From assembly GCA_038150265.1 (NCBI GenBank), contig JAYOTF010000013.1:1-64000 (forward strand): a stretch of 64,000 nt of DNA. Direction: 5' to 3'. This DNA is from Deltaproteobacteria bacterium. GTDB taxonomy: Bacteria > SAR324 > NAC60-12. Below are positions 29,349-38,916 of this stretch, piece by piece. The stretch's first letter is position 1. Every line of letters begins with the position of its first letter. The translations under genes and the position numbers were made by a program. The notes under the pieces were generated by a model. The model saw only the letters and a program-made list of their open reading frames with translations, made no database searches and was not told the DNA's origin.

Positions 29349-30127
29349 GCGGGCTCCTTGGGTTTGTTCTTCAGCCCGGTTCCCAGGTACGCCTCAATGA
29401 CCTCTTCGTTGTTCCGGACCTCGGTTGGCGTCCCCTGCGTCAGCACCTTCCCTTCTGCCATGACGACCACGGGGTTGCAGAGCCGGCTGATGAAGTCGAT
29501 GTCGTGCTCAATCATGCAAAACGTGTAGCCCCGTTCCTGATTGAGCTTGAGGATCGCGTCTCCAATTTCGTTGAGCAGGGTCCGGTTGACCCCGGCGCCG
29601 ACTTCATCCAGCACCACCATCTTGGCATCGACCATCATGGTTCGGCCCAGCTCCAGCAGCTTTTTTTGTCCGCCCGAGAGGTTCCCGGCAAGTTCGTGGG
29701 CCACATGATTGAGGTTGAGGAACTCAATGACCTCCTCGGCGCGCTGGCGCAGCGTGGCTTCTTGCCGGGCGACGTCCTTGCGCTGAAACCAGGCGCCAAG
29801 CAGGCTTTCGCCCCGCTGTCCGGAAGGCACCATCATCAGGTTGTCGAGGACGCTGAGGCTGTGAAATTCGTGGGCAATCTGGAAGGTCCGGAGGAGGCCC
29901 TTGGAGAACAGCTGGTAGGCGGGGAGTCCGGTGACGTCTTCTCCGTCGAGGAAGATGGAGCCGCTGGTGGGCGGGGTCGCGCCGGCAATGAGGTTGAAGA
30001 GGGTGGTCTTTCCGGCACCGTTGGGACCTATGAGCCCGGTGATGCTTCCGGTCTCAATGGTGAGGGTCACCCCATTGACGGCGTGAACTCCCCCAAAGCG
30101 CTTGGTCACATTTTGGACGGAAATCAC
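29345..30127 (-). CDS. livG: ABC ATPase LivG
   Basis: GPNGAGKTT, RTFQ, IEHD, VIEAYLG. Confidence 0.93.
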   Translation of the reverse strand: MISVQNVTKRFGGVHAVNGVTLTIETGSITGLIGPNGAGKTTLFNLIAGATPPTSGSIFLDGEDVTGLPAYQLFSKGLLRTFQIAHEFHSLSVLDNLMMVPSGQRGESLLGAWFQRKDVARQEATLRQRAEEVIEFLNLNHVAHELAGNLSGGQKKLLELGRTMMVDAKMVVLDEVGAGVNRTLLNEIGDAILKLNQERGYTFCMIEHDIDFISRLCNPVVVMAEGKVLTQGTPTEVRNNEEVIEAYLGTGLKNKPKEPA

Positions 30128-30439
30128 AGGGGCAGGCGCGGGGCAGAGCGTTCAGAAAAGCGAACCGTTAGGAATTCGTCATAAAACTGAAATTTCTAAA
30201 GGAGATGGCCCCCAAAGTCAACTCATTTGCAGGTGGGAGCGGGGTCGGCGAAAGGGACCTCCTGTGACCAATTTCAGAGTTTGAGCTTGCCAAATTCTTC
30301 CTCACCTTTATAGTTTCTCGAGTTTTATCCACGGCCTTGTGGTTGCCGGTTTCGCAACAGGCCCCGAATGAAAATTCAGGAGCCTCTTCCCGCCGGACCA
30401 ACCGGGCAAGCCCTTGTTACCAAAACGCAGGTTTTCCTC

Positions 30440-31207
30440 ATGGATCATCGCCTCTCGCGCCTTCTCCTGAGCCTCGCTTTCTTCGGGGCCCTCTTCGTTG
30501 GCCTCCCCGGGGTCAGCTCTGCTCAGGTGCAGGCACCCCAGCAACCCATTGCGTTCGATCATCAGATCCACGTCACGCAAAATGGAATCTCGTGCCAGTA
30601 CTGCCACCTCTACGCCCGTCGGTCTTACTCCTCGGGTGTCCCGCCCGTCAGCACCTGCATCGGGTGTCATGGCACCAATGACATGAAAATTGTCCAGCCC
30701 CCAGCCAACTCCCCGAAGGAGTGGTTGGACGGACTCGATACCCTCCGGAACCACTGGGACGAGGGGACTCCGATTCCGTGGGTGAAGGTTCACGACATTC
30801 CGGACTTTGTTCGCTTCCCGCACAAGGAGCACATCAACGTCGACAGCAGCCGCTTTGTGGAAGAGGCGGGCCGTGGGTGTGACATGCAGGCGAACCCCCG
30901 CTCGCTGGAGTGTCGGCTGTCTCAGTTCCGGGCTGGTGGGGATCAACGCTGCCAGGCGTGCCACGGCAATGTGTCTCAGATGAAGGTTGTGGCCAAGGTG
31001 GACCAGAACTTCGGATTCATGGGGTGGTGCATGGAGTGTCACCTTCAGGTGAAGGGGGCCGTGGAGCGCAAGCGCGCCATGAGTACCCTGGACGGGTGGT
31101 TCAATGCCAAGGAGAATGACGCCAAACGCGAAGCGGCAATGCATCTCGTCGATGACAAGGGGTACCACACTCCGAACATGAACGACTGCTTCACCTGTCA
31201 CTACTGA
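30440..31207 (+). CDS. actA: Alternative complex III pentaheme cytochrome c ActA
   Basis: QPIAFDHQIH plus five CxxCH motifs (CQYCH, CIGCH, CQACH, CMECH, CFTCH); N-terminal hydrophobic signal. Confidence 0.9.
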   Translation: MDHRLSRLLLSLAFFGALFVGLPGVSSAQVQAPQQPIAFDHQIHVTQNGISCQYCHLYARRSYSSGVPPVSTCIGCHGTNDMKIVQPPANSPKEWLDGLDTLRNHWDEGTPIPWVKVHDIPDFVRFPHKEHINVDSSRFVEEAGRGCDMQANPRSLECRLSQFRAGGDQRCQACHGNVSQMKVVAKVDQNFGFMGWCMECHLQVKGAVERKRAMSTLDGWFNAKENDAKREAAMHLVDDKGYHTPNMNDCFTCHY

Positions 31208-31244
31208 ATCCCCCACCCTTTCGTCAAACACTCGGAGTTTTCTG

Positions 31245-34190
31245 ATGAGCAAAGGCCTGAGTCGAAGAAATCTATTCAAATACATGGGGGTTGCGGGCGC
31301 CACTGCAACTGCAGCTGGCTGCCAACAAAAGCCTGAGAAGCTGATTCCAATGCTGGTCCCGCCGACCAACTTCGAATACGCCCCCAGCGAAGCGTACAAC
31401 TACATGACCACCTGCCGGGAGTGCGATGCTGCCTGTGGCATGATGGTCACGGTTCGGGAGCACCGCGCCCAAAAAGCCGAAGGCAACCCCAACCACCCCC
31501 TCAACCAGGGCGCCCTGTGTGCCCGAGGTCAGGCGTCCATGCAGGCGCTCTACAATCCGGATCGCCAAGCGGCTCCTTCCAGCAAGGCCGGTGGCGCCCT
31601 TACCTGGGAACAGGGCCTTCAGGAGTTCACCCAGCGCCTCAACACCGCAGGCGGGCAGGTGGTCTACCTGGGACGTCCGGAAACCGGAACGCACAAGGCG
31701 TTTGTGGCCGAGTGGCTGCAAGCCGTTGGCGGAGGCCGCAAGGTGACCTTTGACCTGCTCAGCCGGAACGCCCTCATTGAGGCCAACCGCATTGCCTTCG
31801 GCAAGGCGATGGTCCCGGATTATGCGTTTGAGGAAGCACAGATGCTGATCAACTTCAGCAGCGACTTCCTGGAAAGCTGGGGCAACCAGGTGGAGAACAG
31901 CCGCCGGTTTGTCAACATGCATGCCTACCAGGACGGCAAGCGCCGCGAGTTTGTGCAGGTGAGCCCACAGGTGTCCCTGACCGCGTCCAAGGCCGATCGC
32001 TGGGTGGTGATCAATCCTGGAACCGAGGGCGTCATGGCCCTGGCGCTGGCCCATGTGGTCCGGAACCAGAAGGGCGGATACGACTGGCTCGAGCGCTACC
32101 TGGAGGCCTATGCTCCGGAGAAGGTCGCCGCTGTCGTGGGCGTGGAAGCTGAAAAAATTGTGGAACTGGCTGAAGCCTTCAGCAACGAGACCCCGAGTCT
32201 GGCGCTGGGAGGCGGACCTGTTGCCGCCACCGAGGCTGCGGTCGAGATGCAGGTTGCGATCAACATCCTGAACGCTGTTGCCGGCAACCTCAACCGCACC
32301 GTTGTGTTCCCGGAGTTCAGCCCTGCAGAAGACACCTCGCACCAGCAGATCGTGGACCTGATTCAGGACCTGAACGCTGGCCGTGTGAAGGTGCTGGTCG
32401 TGGACGATTCCAATCCGCTCTATGGCCTGCCCCCTGAACTGGGAATGGCCGCCGCGCTGCAGAAGGCCTACGTCGTGAGCCTCTCCTCGCTGAAGAGCGA
32501 GACCGCTGGGGCTGCCGACCTGGTGCTTCCGGCGCTCACACCTTATGAAAGCTGGGGCGATGCCGCCCCGCGTGCCGGTGTCCGGAGCCTTCAGCAACCG
32601 GTCATGGCCCCCGTCAATGTGTTTGATGCGAAGGCTCGGGAAGATGTCATGATCACCGTGGCCAAAGGCGTCCGCCGCAGTGCATTTGAGGGCATCACCA
32701 CCTACAAGGATTACCTCCAGAAGGCCTGGATGCAGGTGCAGAGTGAGACCGGACGCTCCGGGCTCTTCGACAACTTCTGGGTGTCGGTGCTTGAAGAAGG
32801 CGGGGTCTTTGGTTCGACTCCGACCACGAATGTGGAACTGGCCAACAGCGTGACACGTGTTTCGCTGCCAACTCCCGCTGCCAACGAAGGCCTGACCCTG
32901 CTGGCTTCCTCTTCTCTGCTGAAAGCAGACGGAAGTGGCGCCAACAAGCCGTGGCTGCAGGAGGTGCCGGATCCGATGTCGCAGATCGTGTGGGACTCCT
33001 GGTTGGAGATCCATCCGGACACGGCCAAGGAAATGGGCATTGACGACCGGGATGTGGTGGAAGTGACCACGTCTCAGGGAACGCTCAGCCTGATGGCCTA
33101 CTACTACTATGGCATCCACCGGAACGCGGTGGCCATTCCGATTGGTCAGGGGCACGAAGGCTCCGGAGCTGCTGCAGACGGATTTGGCGTCAACGTGATG
33201 ACGCTCCTTCCCGCCAAGCAGGATGCCTCTGGAAACCTGGTGTTCTCTGGAACAGCCGTCGAGGTCAAGGGCACGGGCAGCAAGGGCTACACCGTCAACA
33301 TGGACGGCAACCCCCGTCAGGCGGGACGCGACATTGCGGCGGCCACCACCGTGGCTGCTCTGGCTTCTGGAGAGGAAGGACACGGCGGACACAAGCGCCG
33401 GACCGAAATCTACCCGGACCGTGCAGAGACCGCCGGCTACTACAAGCCGTATCGCTGGGGCATGACGATCGACCTGGACCGCTGCACCGGATGCTCGGCC
33501 TGTGTCGTGGCGTGCTACGCCGACAACAACATCCCGGTGGTGGGAAAAGAGCGCGCCGCTGTGGGACGGGAAATGTCCTGGCTTCGCCTGGAGCGCTACT
33601 TCGAAGGCTACGGCGACGAGTTTGAAACCCGGATTGTGCCGATGATGTGTCAGCAGTGTGGCAACGCCGGTTGTGAGCCGGTGTGTCCGGTTTATGCGAC
33701 CTACCACAACCCGGAAGGCATCAATGCCATGATCTACAACCGGTGTGTGGGAACCCGCTACTGCTCGAACAACTGCGCGTACAAGGTCCGACGCTTCAAC
33801 TGGTTTAGCTACGAATTCCCGGCGCCGCTGGATCAGCAGCTCAACTCCACCATGACCACCCGTGAGAAGGGGGTGATGGAGAAGTGCAACTTCTGTGTGC
33901 CTCGTCTGACCTATGCCAAGCGGCAGGCCAAGGCGTTGGGACGAGACCTGCGGGACGGAGAGGTGATGACGGCATGTCAGCAGACCTGCCCCACCCAGGC
34001 CATTACTTTTGGGAACCTTTCAGACCCGAACAGTCGGGTTTCTCAGTTGGCCATGCGTGACGACATGGAGCAGCGTGATCGTCAGTACGAGGTCTTCCCG
34101 GAACTCAACTTCAAACCCGCTGTTACTTACCTCAAGAAGGTGAATACCCGTGAGGTGGGTGGGCACTCGGACAGTGCTGAGCACGCCTGA
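31245..34190 (+). CDS. actB: Alternative complex III ActB (molybdopterin-oxidoreductase-like domain fused to Fe-S domain)
   Basis: Tat signal SRRNLFK with AAGC; ANKPWLQE; CTGCSACVVAC, CQQCGNAGCEPVC, YNRCVGTRYCSNNC, MEKCNFC. Confidence 0.93.
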   Translation: MSKGLSRRNLFKYMGVAGATATAAGCQQKPEKLIPMLVPPTNFEYAPSEAYNYMTTCRECDAACGMMVTVREHRAQKAEGNPNHPLNQGALCARGQASMQALYNPDRQAAPSSKAGGALTWEQGLQEFTQRLNTAGGQVVYLGRPETGTHKAFVAEWLQAVGGGRKVTFDLLSRNALIEANRIAFGKAMVPDYAFEEAQMLINFSSDFLESWGNQVENSRRFVNMHAYQDGKRREFVQVSPQVSLTASKADRWVVINPGTEGVMALALAHVVRNQKGGYDWLERYLEAYAPEKVAAVVGVEAEKIVELAEAFSNETPSLALGGGPVAATEAAVEMQVAINILNAVAGNLNRTVVFPEFSPAEDTSHQQIVDLIQDLNAGRVKVLVVDDSNPLYGLPPELGMAAALQKAYVVSLSSLKSETAGAADLVLPALTPYESWGDAAPRAGVRSLQQPVMAPVNVFDAKAREDVMITVAKGVRRSAFEGITTYKDYLQKAWMQVQSETGRSGLFDNFWVSVLEEGGVFGSTPTTNVELANSVTRVSLPTPAANEGLTLLASSSLLKADGSGANKPWLQEVPDPMSQIVWDSWLEIHPDTAKEMGIDDRDVVEVTTSQGTLSLMAYYYYGIHRNAVAIPIGQGHEGSGAAADGFGVNVMTLLPAKQDASGNLVFSGTAVEVKGTGSKGYTVNMDGNPRQAGRDIAAATTVAALASGEEGHGGHKRRTEIYPDRAETAGYYKPYRWGMTIDLDRCTGCSACVVACYADNNIPVVGKERAAVGREMSWLRLERYFEGYGDEFETRIVPMMCQQCGNAGCEPVCPVYATYHNPEGINAMIYNRCVGTRYCSNNCAYKVRRFNWFSYEFPAPLDQQLNSTMTTREKGVMEKCNFCVPRLTYAKRQAKALGRDLRDGEVMTACQQTCPTQAITFGNLSDPNSRVSQLAMRDDMEQRDRQYEVFPELNFKPAVTYLKKVNTREVGGHSDSAEHA

Positions 34191-34217
34191 GCTTTTATCT
34201 AACACACGGAGAAATCC

Positions 34218-35681
34218 ATGCACGCAGCTGCGCTAAACCAATACGACGCTGACGCAGGTCGCGTTGTCATTGACGAGCATCTCGGGCACCCCGGCATTGA
34301 AGCAACGACTCTGGACTACGGACAGATCAATGACGACATGCTGGCGATGCTGGAGAAGCCGCATCCCTCTTACTTCCTGCTCCTGCTCGGCTTCCTGACC
34401 GCGCTGGTGCTGGGAGTCATCAGCCTGGCGATTCAGGTTGATGTCGGAATCGGTTATTCCGGAATCAGCCACCCGATCATGTGGGGCTTCTACATCACCA
34501 ACTTCGTCTTCTGGGTCGGAATTGGTCACGCCGGGACCCTGATTTCGGCAGTGTTCTACCTCACCCGAGCGCCCTGGCGGACGGCGATTTACCGCAGTGC
34601 CGAGGCGATGACGGTGTTTGCGGTCATGACCGCGGGCCTCTTCCCGATCCTGCACACCGGACGTCCCTGGCTCGCCTACTGGCTGATTCCCTACCCGAAC
34701 GAGCGGATGCTCTGGGTGAACTTCAAGTCTCCGCTTCTGTGGGACGTCTTTGCGGTCTCGACGTACATGACGGTTTCGATCATGTTCTTCATGCTCGGTC
34801 TGATCCCGGACATGGCGATTCTGCGAGACGAGGCCCTGCGCCGCGGACACAAGCTCAAGGCGCTCATCTACACGCCCATGGCCCTGGCCTGGAGGGGCAC
34901 CAACCACCAGTGGGTGCACTACATGCGTGGTTACCTGATCTTTGCCGCTCTGGCGACTCCGCTGGTCTTCTCGGTCCACTCGATCGTGAGCTGGGACTTT
35001 GCGATGTCTTCGGTTCCGGGCTGGCACACGACGATCTTTGCGCCTTACTTTGTGGCAGGGGCGATCTTCTCGGGACTCGCCATGGTGATGACGGTGCTGA
35101 TTCCGGTCCGGGTCGTCTTCGGGCTGGAGCAGTACATTTCCACCCACGTTGTCAACAGCGTCTGCAAGGTGATCATCTTCACCTCGATGGTGGTGGGCTA
35201 CGCCTATGCGACCGAGTTCTTCATTGCCTGGTACAGCGGCAGCCCTTATGAGCGGGCGATCTTCTACTTCCGTCCGTTCGGAGACATGACCAGCTGGACC
35301 CTGACGGGGGATCACAACATCACCTTCCCGCAGATTGCCTTCTGGCTGATGGTCTTCTGTAACGTCATTGCCCCAATTCCCCTGTGGCGCTACAAGGTCC
35401 GCCACAACCTCGTGGCCGTTTGGATCATCTGTGGCCTCATCAACGTGGGAATGTGGTTTGAGCGCTTCAACATTGTGGGAAGCTCGCTGCAGCATGAATA
35501 CGACCCGGCGTCTTGGGGTGAGTACTGGCCGACCATTGTTGAGGTGGGCATCACGGTGGGAAGCTTCGGATTCTTCTTCACCCTGTTCTCCCTCTTTGCC
35601 AAAACCCTTCCGCCGATGGCGATCATGGAGCTGAAGGAAGCGGCAAATCCTCCAATGAAACATTCTCCGAAGGAGCATTGA
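34218..35681 (+). CDS. actC: Alternative complex III ActC (NrfD-like quinol-oxidising subunit)
   Basis: NFVFWVGIGHAGTLISA, SPLLWDVFAVSTY, SVHSIVSWDFA, PGWHTTIFAPYF, GMWFERF. Confidence 0.95.
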   Translation: MHAAALNQYDADAGRVVIDEHLGHPGIEATTLDYGQINDDMLAMLEKPHPSYFLLLLGFLTALVLGVISLAIQVDVGIGYSGISHPIMWGFYITNFVFWVGIGHAGTLISAVFYLTRAPWRTAIYRSAEAMTVFAVMTAGLFPILHTGRPWLAYWLIPYPNERMLWVNFKSPLLWDVFAVSTYMTVSIMFFMLGLIPDMAILRDEALRRGHKLKALIYTPMALAWRGTNHQWVHYMRGYLIFAALATPLVFSVHSIVSWDFAMSSVPGWHTTIFAPYFVAGAIFSGLAMVMTVLIPVRVVFGLEQYISTHVVNSVCKVIIFTSMVVGYAYATEFFIAWYSGSPYERAIFYFRPFGDMTSWTLTGDHNITFPQIAFWLMVFCNVIAPIPLWRYKVRHNLVAVWIICGLINVGMWFERFNIVGSSLQHEYDPASWGEYWPTIVEVGITVGSFGFFFTLFSLFAKTLPPMAIMELKEAANPPMKHSPKEH

Positions 35682-36202
35682 TGGCTAAGTTCACCGGCGT
35701 TTGGGCCTCGTTTGCCCACTTGGATGAGACGACGGAGACCATTGAGGAGGTCCGGACCAAAGGCGTTCAGCCGACGGTGCTTTCCCCCTGCCCGCGTCAT
35801 GAAATCGACCATGCTCTGGGGGAGCCTCAGAGCATTGTTCCCTGGATTGCCCTCGCGTTTGGCGCACTGGGAACCCTCATCGGCTACAGCCTCCCGGCGT
35901 GGACGGCTTCCGACTGGGTCCTTCCGGTGAGTGGCAAACCGATTCTGGCCATTCCCCCGTTTACGGTGATTGGGTTTGAGCTGACGATCCTGATGGCCGC
36001 CTTTCACACGCTGGCCGGGCTGGCGCTGCTGGCGGTCATTGACACCCTCCGGCATCCGATGCCGGCAGGAGTCAAGAAGTACCTGCGCTTCCAACGGGAT
36101 CGGTTTGGAGTCGTGGTCCGATGTGACGAATCGCGCTTGGACGAGTTCATGGAGATCATGAAAAAGAATGGAGCAGAGGAGGTTCATGTCGAACGTACTT
36201 AA
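35678..36202 (+). CDS. actD: Alternative complex III ActD
   Basis: SPCPRHEIDHALG, VSGKP, FELTIL; two TM helices; position after actC. Confidence 0.88.
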   Translation: MMAKFTGVWASFAHLDETTETIEEVRTKGVQPTVLSPCPRHEIDHALGEPQSIVPWIALAFGALGTLIGYSLPAWTASDWVLPVSGKPILAIPPFTVIGFELTILMAAFHTLAGLALLAVIDTLRHPMPAGVKKYLRFQRDRFGVVVRCDESRLDEFMEIMKKNGAEEVHVERT

Positions 36203-36866
36203 GCGAAACTGGAAACGGGCGCTGGCCGGGTGTGTCCTCCTGGGCGTGGGCGCCTCCATGCTCTCGGCAGTCGATCGGAACCCGTACTACGATCCGAAGG
36301 AAGAGGGCTACAACATCACCAACGATGACCGTCCCTGGTTTGACGGTCAGGATTACCCCTTCTACCGAGACATGTACGACGGCAAGAGCCTGAAGCCTCA
36401 GGAAGAGGGCTCCTATCAGGAGTTTGCTGAAAACTCTGTGCCCGTCAAGGTGGTGTTGGGCAAGATCAACAAGATCTATGACCCCTTCATTCCTGCTGTG
36501 GTCGGAGACGGTTCGGGTCCGGAAGGACACCCTCGGGAGTTCTATCCGAAGAACCCCACCCGCGCAACGACGACCTCCTTGCAACGGGGTCAGGTGCTCT
36601 TCAACACCTACTGTGCTGCCTGTCATGGACAGGATGGACTGGCCAACACCGTGGCTGTTCAAAAAGGCGTACCGGCTCCGCCCATTGTAGCGATCTTCTC
36701 GATTCCTACTGCCGAATCACATCTGTACAACAAGATTAAATACGGAAGTTACTATCAGACCCCACGGGGCCTGATGCCAGCCTTTGGAGCGCAGACGTCC
36801 GTTCAGGATCGCTGGGACATGGTGAACTACATGGTGAGCGACCAGTTCGGTAAGGAGATTCAATGA
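36186..36866 (+). CDS. actE: Alternative complex III monoheme cytochrome c ActE
   Basis: RGQVLFNTYCAACHG, MPAFG, DRW; GAGGAGG RBS before ATG 36186. Confidence 0.9.
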   Translation: MSNVLKRNWKRALAGCVLLGVGASMLSAVDRNPYYDPKEEGYNITNDDRPWFDGQDYPFYRDMYDGKSLKPQEEGSYQEFAENSVPVKVVLGKINKIYDPFIPAVVGDGSGPEGHPREFYPKNPTRATTTSLQRGQVLFNTYCAACHGQDGLANTVAVQKGVPAPPIVAIFSIPTAESHLYNKIKYGSYYQTPRGLMPAFGAQTSVQDRWDMVNYMVSDQFGKEIQ

Positions 36867-38137
36867 AAGAGATTGCTGAAAAGTCATTGTTTGAGATCCC
36901 GAAAGGGATCAAGACCCTGCTTTGGGCCTTCGTGGCACTGGGCGTGGCGATGTTCGTCATCGGTCAGGTCGGAGACGAAGAAAGCGTGCTCCGGGCGTGG
37001 CAGACCTTCCTGATCAACGTCATGTTCTGGGGCGGCATTGCTCAAGCCGGGGTCATCTTTGCGGTGATCTGGCAGATCACGGATGCCAAGTGGGGGCGCC
37101 CCTTCAAGCGCCTGGCTGAGGCCTGTGCCGGGTTCTTGCCTGTTTCGTTTGCAATGTTCCTGGTGGTGTTCTTTGGCGCCACCGTGCTGTATGAGTGGAC
37201 CCACACGCCCTTCCTGCACCATGGGCATGCGGTGAAAGCTGGCTGGTTGAACCTGCCCTTCTTCATCTCCCGCAACATCTTCTGGCTGTTGCTGATGTAC
37301 GGCATTTCGTACTGGTTTGTGAAGACCTCCATCAAGCCGGACGTGGCCCTGGCCCGCAAGCTGCTCGGCAGCAAGTGGGGCGGCGCCTTTGCCGACAAGA
37401 TGCTCGACGGCTACGGCAACCATGAAGACGAAGTGATCCGCCTGGAGCAACTGTCCCGACGCCTGGCACCTGCGCTGGCCATCCTCTATGGCGTGGGCGG
37501 GTCGTTCCTGGCCTGGGACTTTGTGATGACCCTGGATCAGGAATGGTTCAGCACCCTGTTCGGGGTGTTCTTCCTGATTGGCAACATGCACGCCTTCCTC
37601 GGGCTGATGCTGGCCATCTCGGTCACCGTCCGGAACAAGTTTGGACTGGCAGACTACATTACGGTCAATCGCCTGCACGACCTGGCCAAGATGGCATTTG
37701 CCTTCTCACTGCTCTGGACGTACATGGGGTATTCGCAGTACCTGCCGATTTGGTACGCCGACCTCCCTGAGGAAACGCCGTACCTGATCGTCCGGACCAT
37801 GGAGCAGCCCTGGCAGACGGTCTTCCTCGTCGTCCTGGCCTGGGTCTTCTTCTCGGTGTTCCTCGGGCTGTTGCCGAAGACCCTGTGCCGCAACCCGGCA
37901 TACATTCGGGTGATGGGCATCTGGATCGCAGCCGGTCAGTGGCTGGCCATCTACCTGATGGTTGTCCCGTCGCTTCAGCACGAAGGGCACTACCATGTGT
38001 ATCTGGGACTGACGGAACTGCTGATCACCCTCGGCTTCCTGGGGGCGTTCTTCCTGTCCTATCTGTCGTTCCTCGGAAAACTGCCGCTGCTGCCGATTTC
38101 CGACAAGCACCTTTGCAAAACCTGGCACGGTCACTAA
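36863..38137 (+). CDS. actF: Alternative complex III ActF
   Basis: DFVMTLDQEWFSTLFG, HDLAK, WTYMGYSQYLPIWYADLPEE. Confidence 0.92.
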   Translation: MKEIAEKSLFEIPKGIKTLLWAFVALGVAMFVIGQVGDEESVLRAWQTFLINVMFWGGIAQAGVIFAVIWQITDAKWGRPFKRLAEACAGFLPVSFAMFLVVFFGATVLYEWTHTPFLHHGHAVKAGWLNLPFFISRNIFWLLLMYGISYWFVKTSIKPDVALARKLLGSKWGGAFADKMLDGYGNHEDEVIRLEQLSRRLAPALAILYGVGGSFLAWDFVMTLDQEWFSTLFGVFFLIGNMHAFLGLMLAISVTVRNKFGLADYITVNRLHDLAKMAFAFSLLWTYMGYSQYLPIWYADLPEETPYLIVRTMEQPWQTVFLVVLAWVFFSVFLGLLPKTLCRNPAYIRVMGIWIAAGQWLAIYLMVVPSLQHEGHYHVYLGLTELLITLGFLGAFFLSYLSFLGKLPLLPISDKHLCKTWHGH

Positions 38138-38153
38138 ACCGTCCACGGTCTCT

Positions 38154-38177
38154 TCCGGAGCGTTTCGGCGCTCCGGA
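38154..38177 (+). terminator. Stem-loop after actF
   Basis: tccggagcg-tttcgg-cgctccgga; no U-tract. Confidence 0.45.
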
Positions 38178-38192
38178 CTCTCCGACCTCCCC

Positions 38193-38915
38193 ATGTTCCG
38201 GACTGTTTTCCTGACCCTTGCCGGAGCACTCTCCCTGATCAGCCTCTGGGCGATCTCTCCTTCTCCGTTGTCCGCACAAGTTCTGCCCTGGGAAGATCCG
38301 TACCTGGATCCGGAGGCGGCCCAACCCGTTGGGCGACGAGCTGACAAGGACTTTGGCTTCCTGATCGGTACGGGCTACGGCCTCCACCCCATGTACCTCC
38401 CGGCGCCTCCTCTGGTCGTGGGGTGGTACCAGGACCCGTTTGTCATCAATGTGGAACGCAGTGACACCGAGCAGGCTCAGGTCCTGACCAAGGAACGTCT
38501 GGAATCCTTTGGCACCTCACGCTTTCAGAACACGGCGCTGGTGGGACGGTACTTTCTGGGACAGTCGCTCGTGGTCATGGCGACGTTGGAGGAGCGGAAG
38601 CTGGACCTGTGGAACCGGACCTTCAACCGGCAGCAAGGAGAAGCCAGCTTCGACCAGCACCTCAAGGCAACGGTTGCCACCGGAGGCGTCGGGTTCATGA
38701 GCTTCTCCAATTACTCGTTTTTTGGAGTTGATGTGCTACGATACGCGGTACCCCTGAGTGAGTCCGCCGAGGTGGTGGAGCACTACGAAACCTGGACGCT
38801 GATCAGTGGCGACCGCTCCCTGCTGGATGAAAACATCGAGGGGCGCAATGAGACCTGGCTCGATTTGCTCAAGGTGCCGTCCGGGTTCGTCATCTACTGG
38901 GGCTTGTGGTTCTAG
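38193..38915 (+). CDS. Exported hypothetical protein, possible outer-membrane protein
   Basis: Signal peptide; C-terminal YWGLWF. Confidence 0.7.
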   Translation: MFRTVFLTLAGALSLISLWAISPSPLSAQVLPWEDPYLDPEAAQPVGRRADKDFGFLIGTGYGLHPMYLPAPPLVVGWYQDPFVINVERSDTEQAQVLTKERLESFGTSRFQNTALVGRYFLGQSLVVMATLEERKLDLWNRTFNRQQGEASFDQHLKATVATGGVGFMSFSNYSFFGVDVLRYAVPLSESAEVVEHYETWTLISGDRSLLDENIEGRNETWLDLLKVPSGFVIYWGLWF

Positions 38916-38916
38916 G

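Noticed and set aside
31245..34190. Catalytic molybdoenzyme
   Set aside because: Sits in an act operon, is fused to the Fe-S domain and carries the ActB-type DGSGANKPWLQE segment; no clear Mo-cofactor ligand motif
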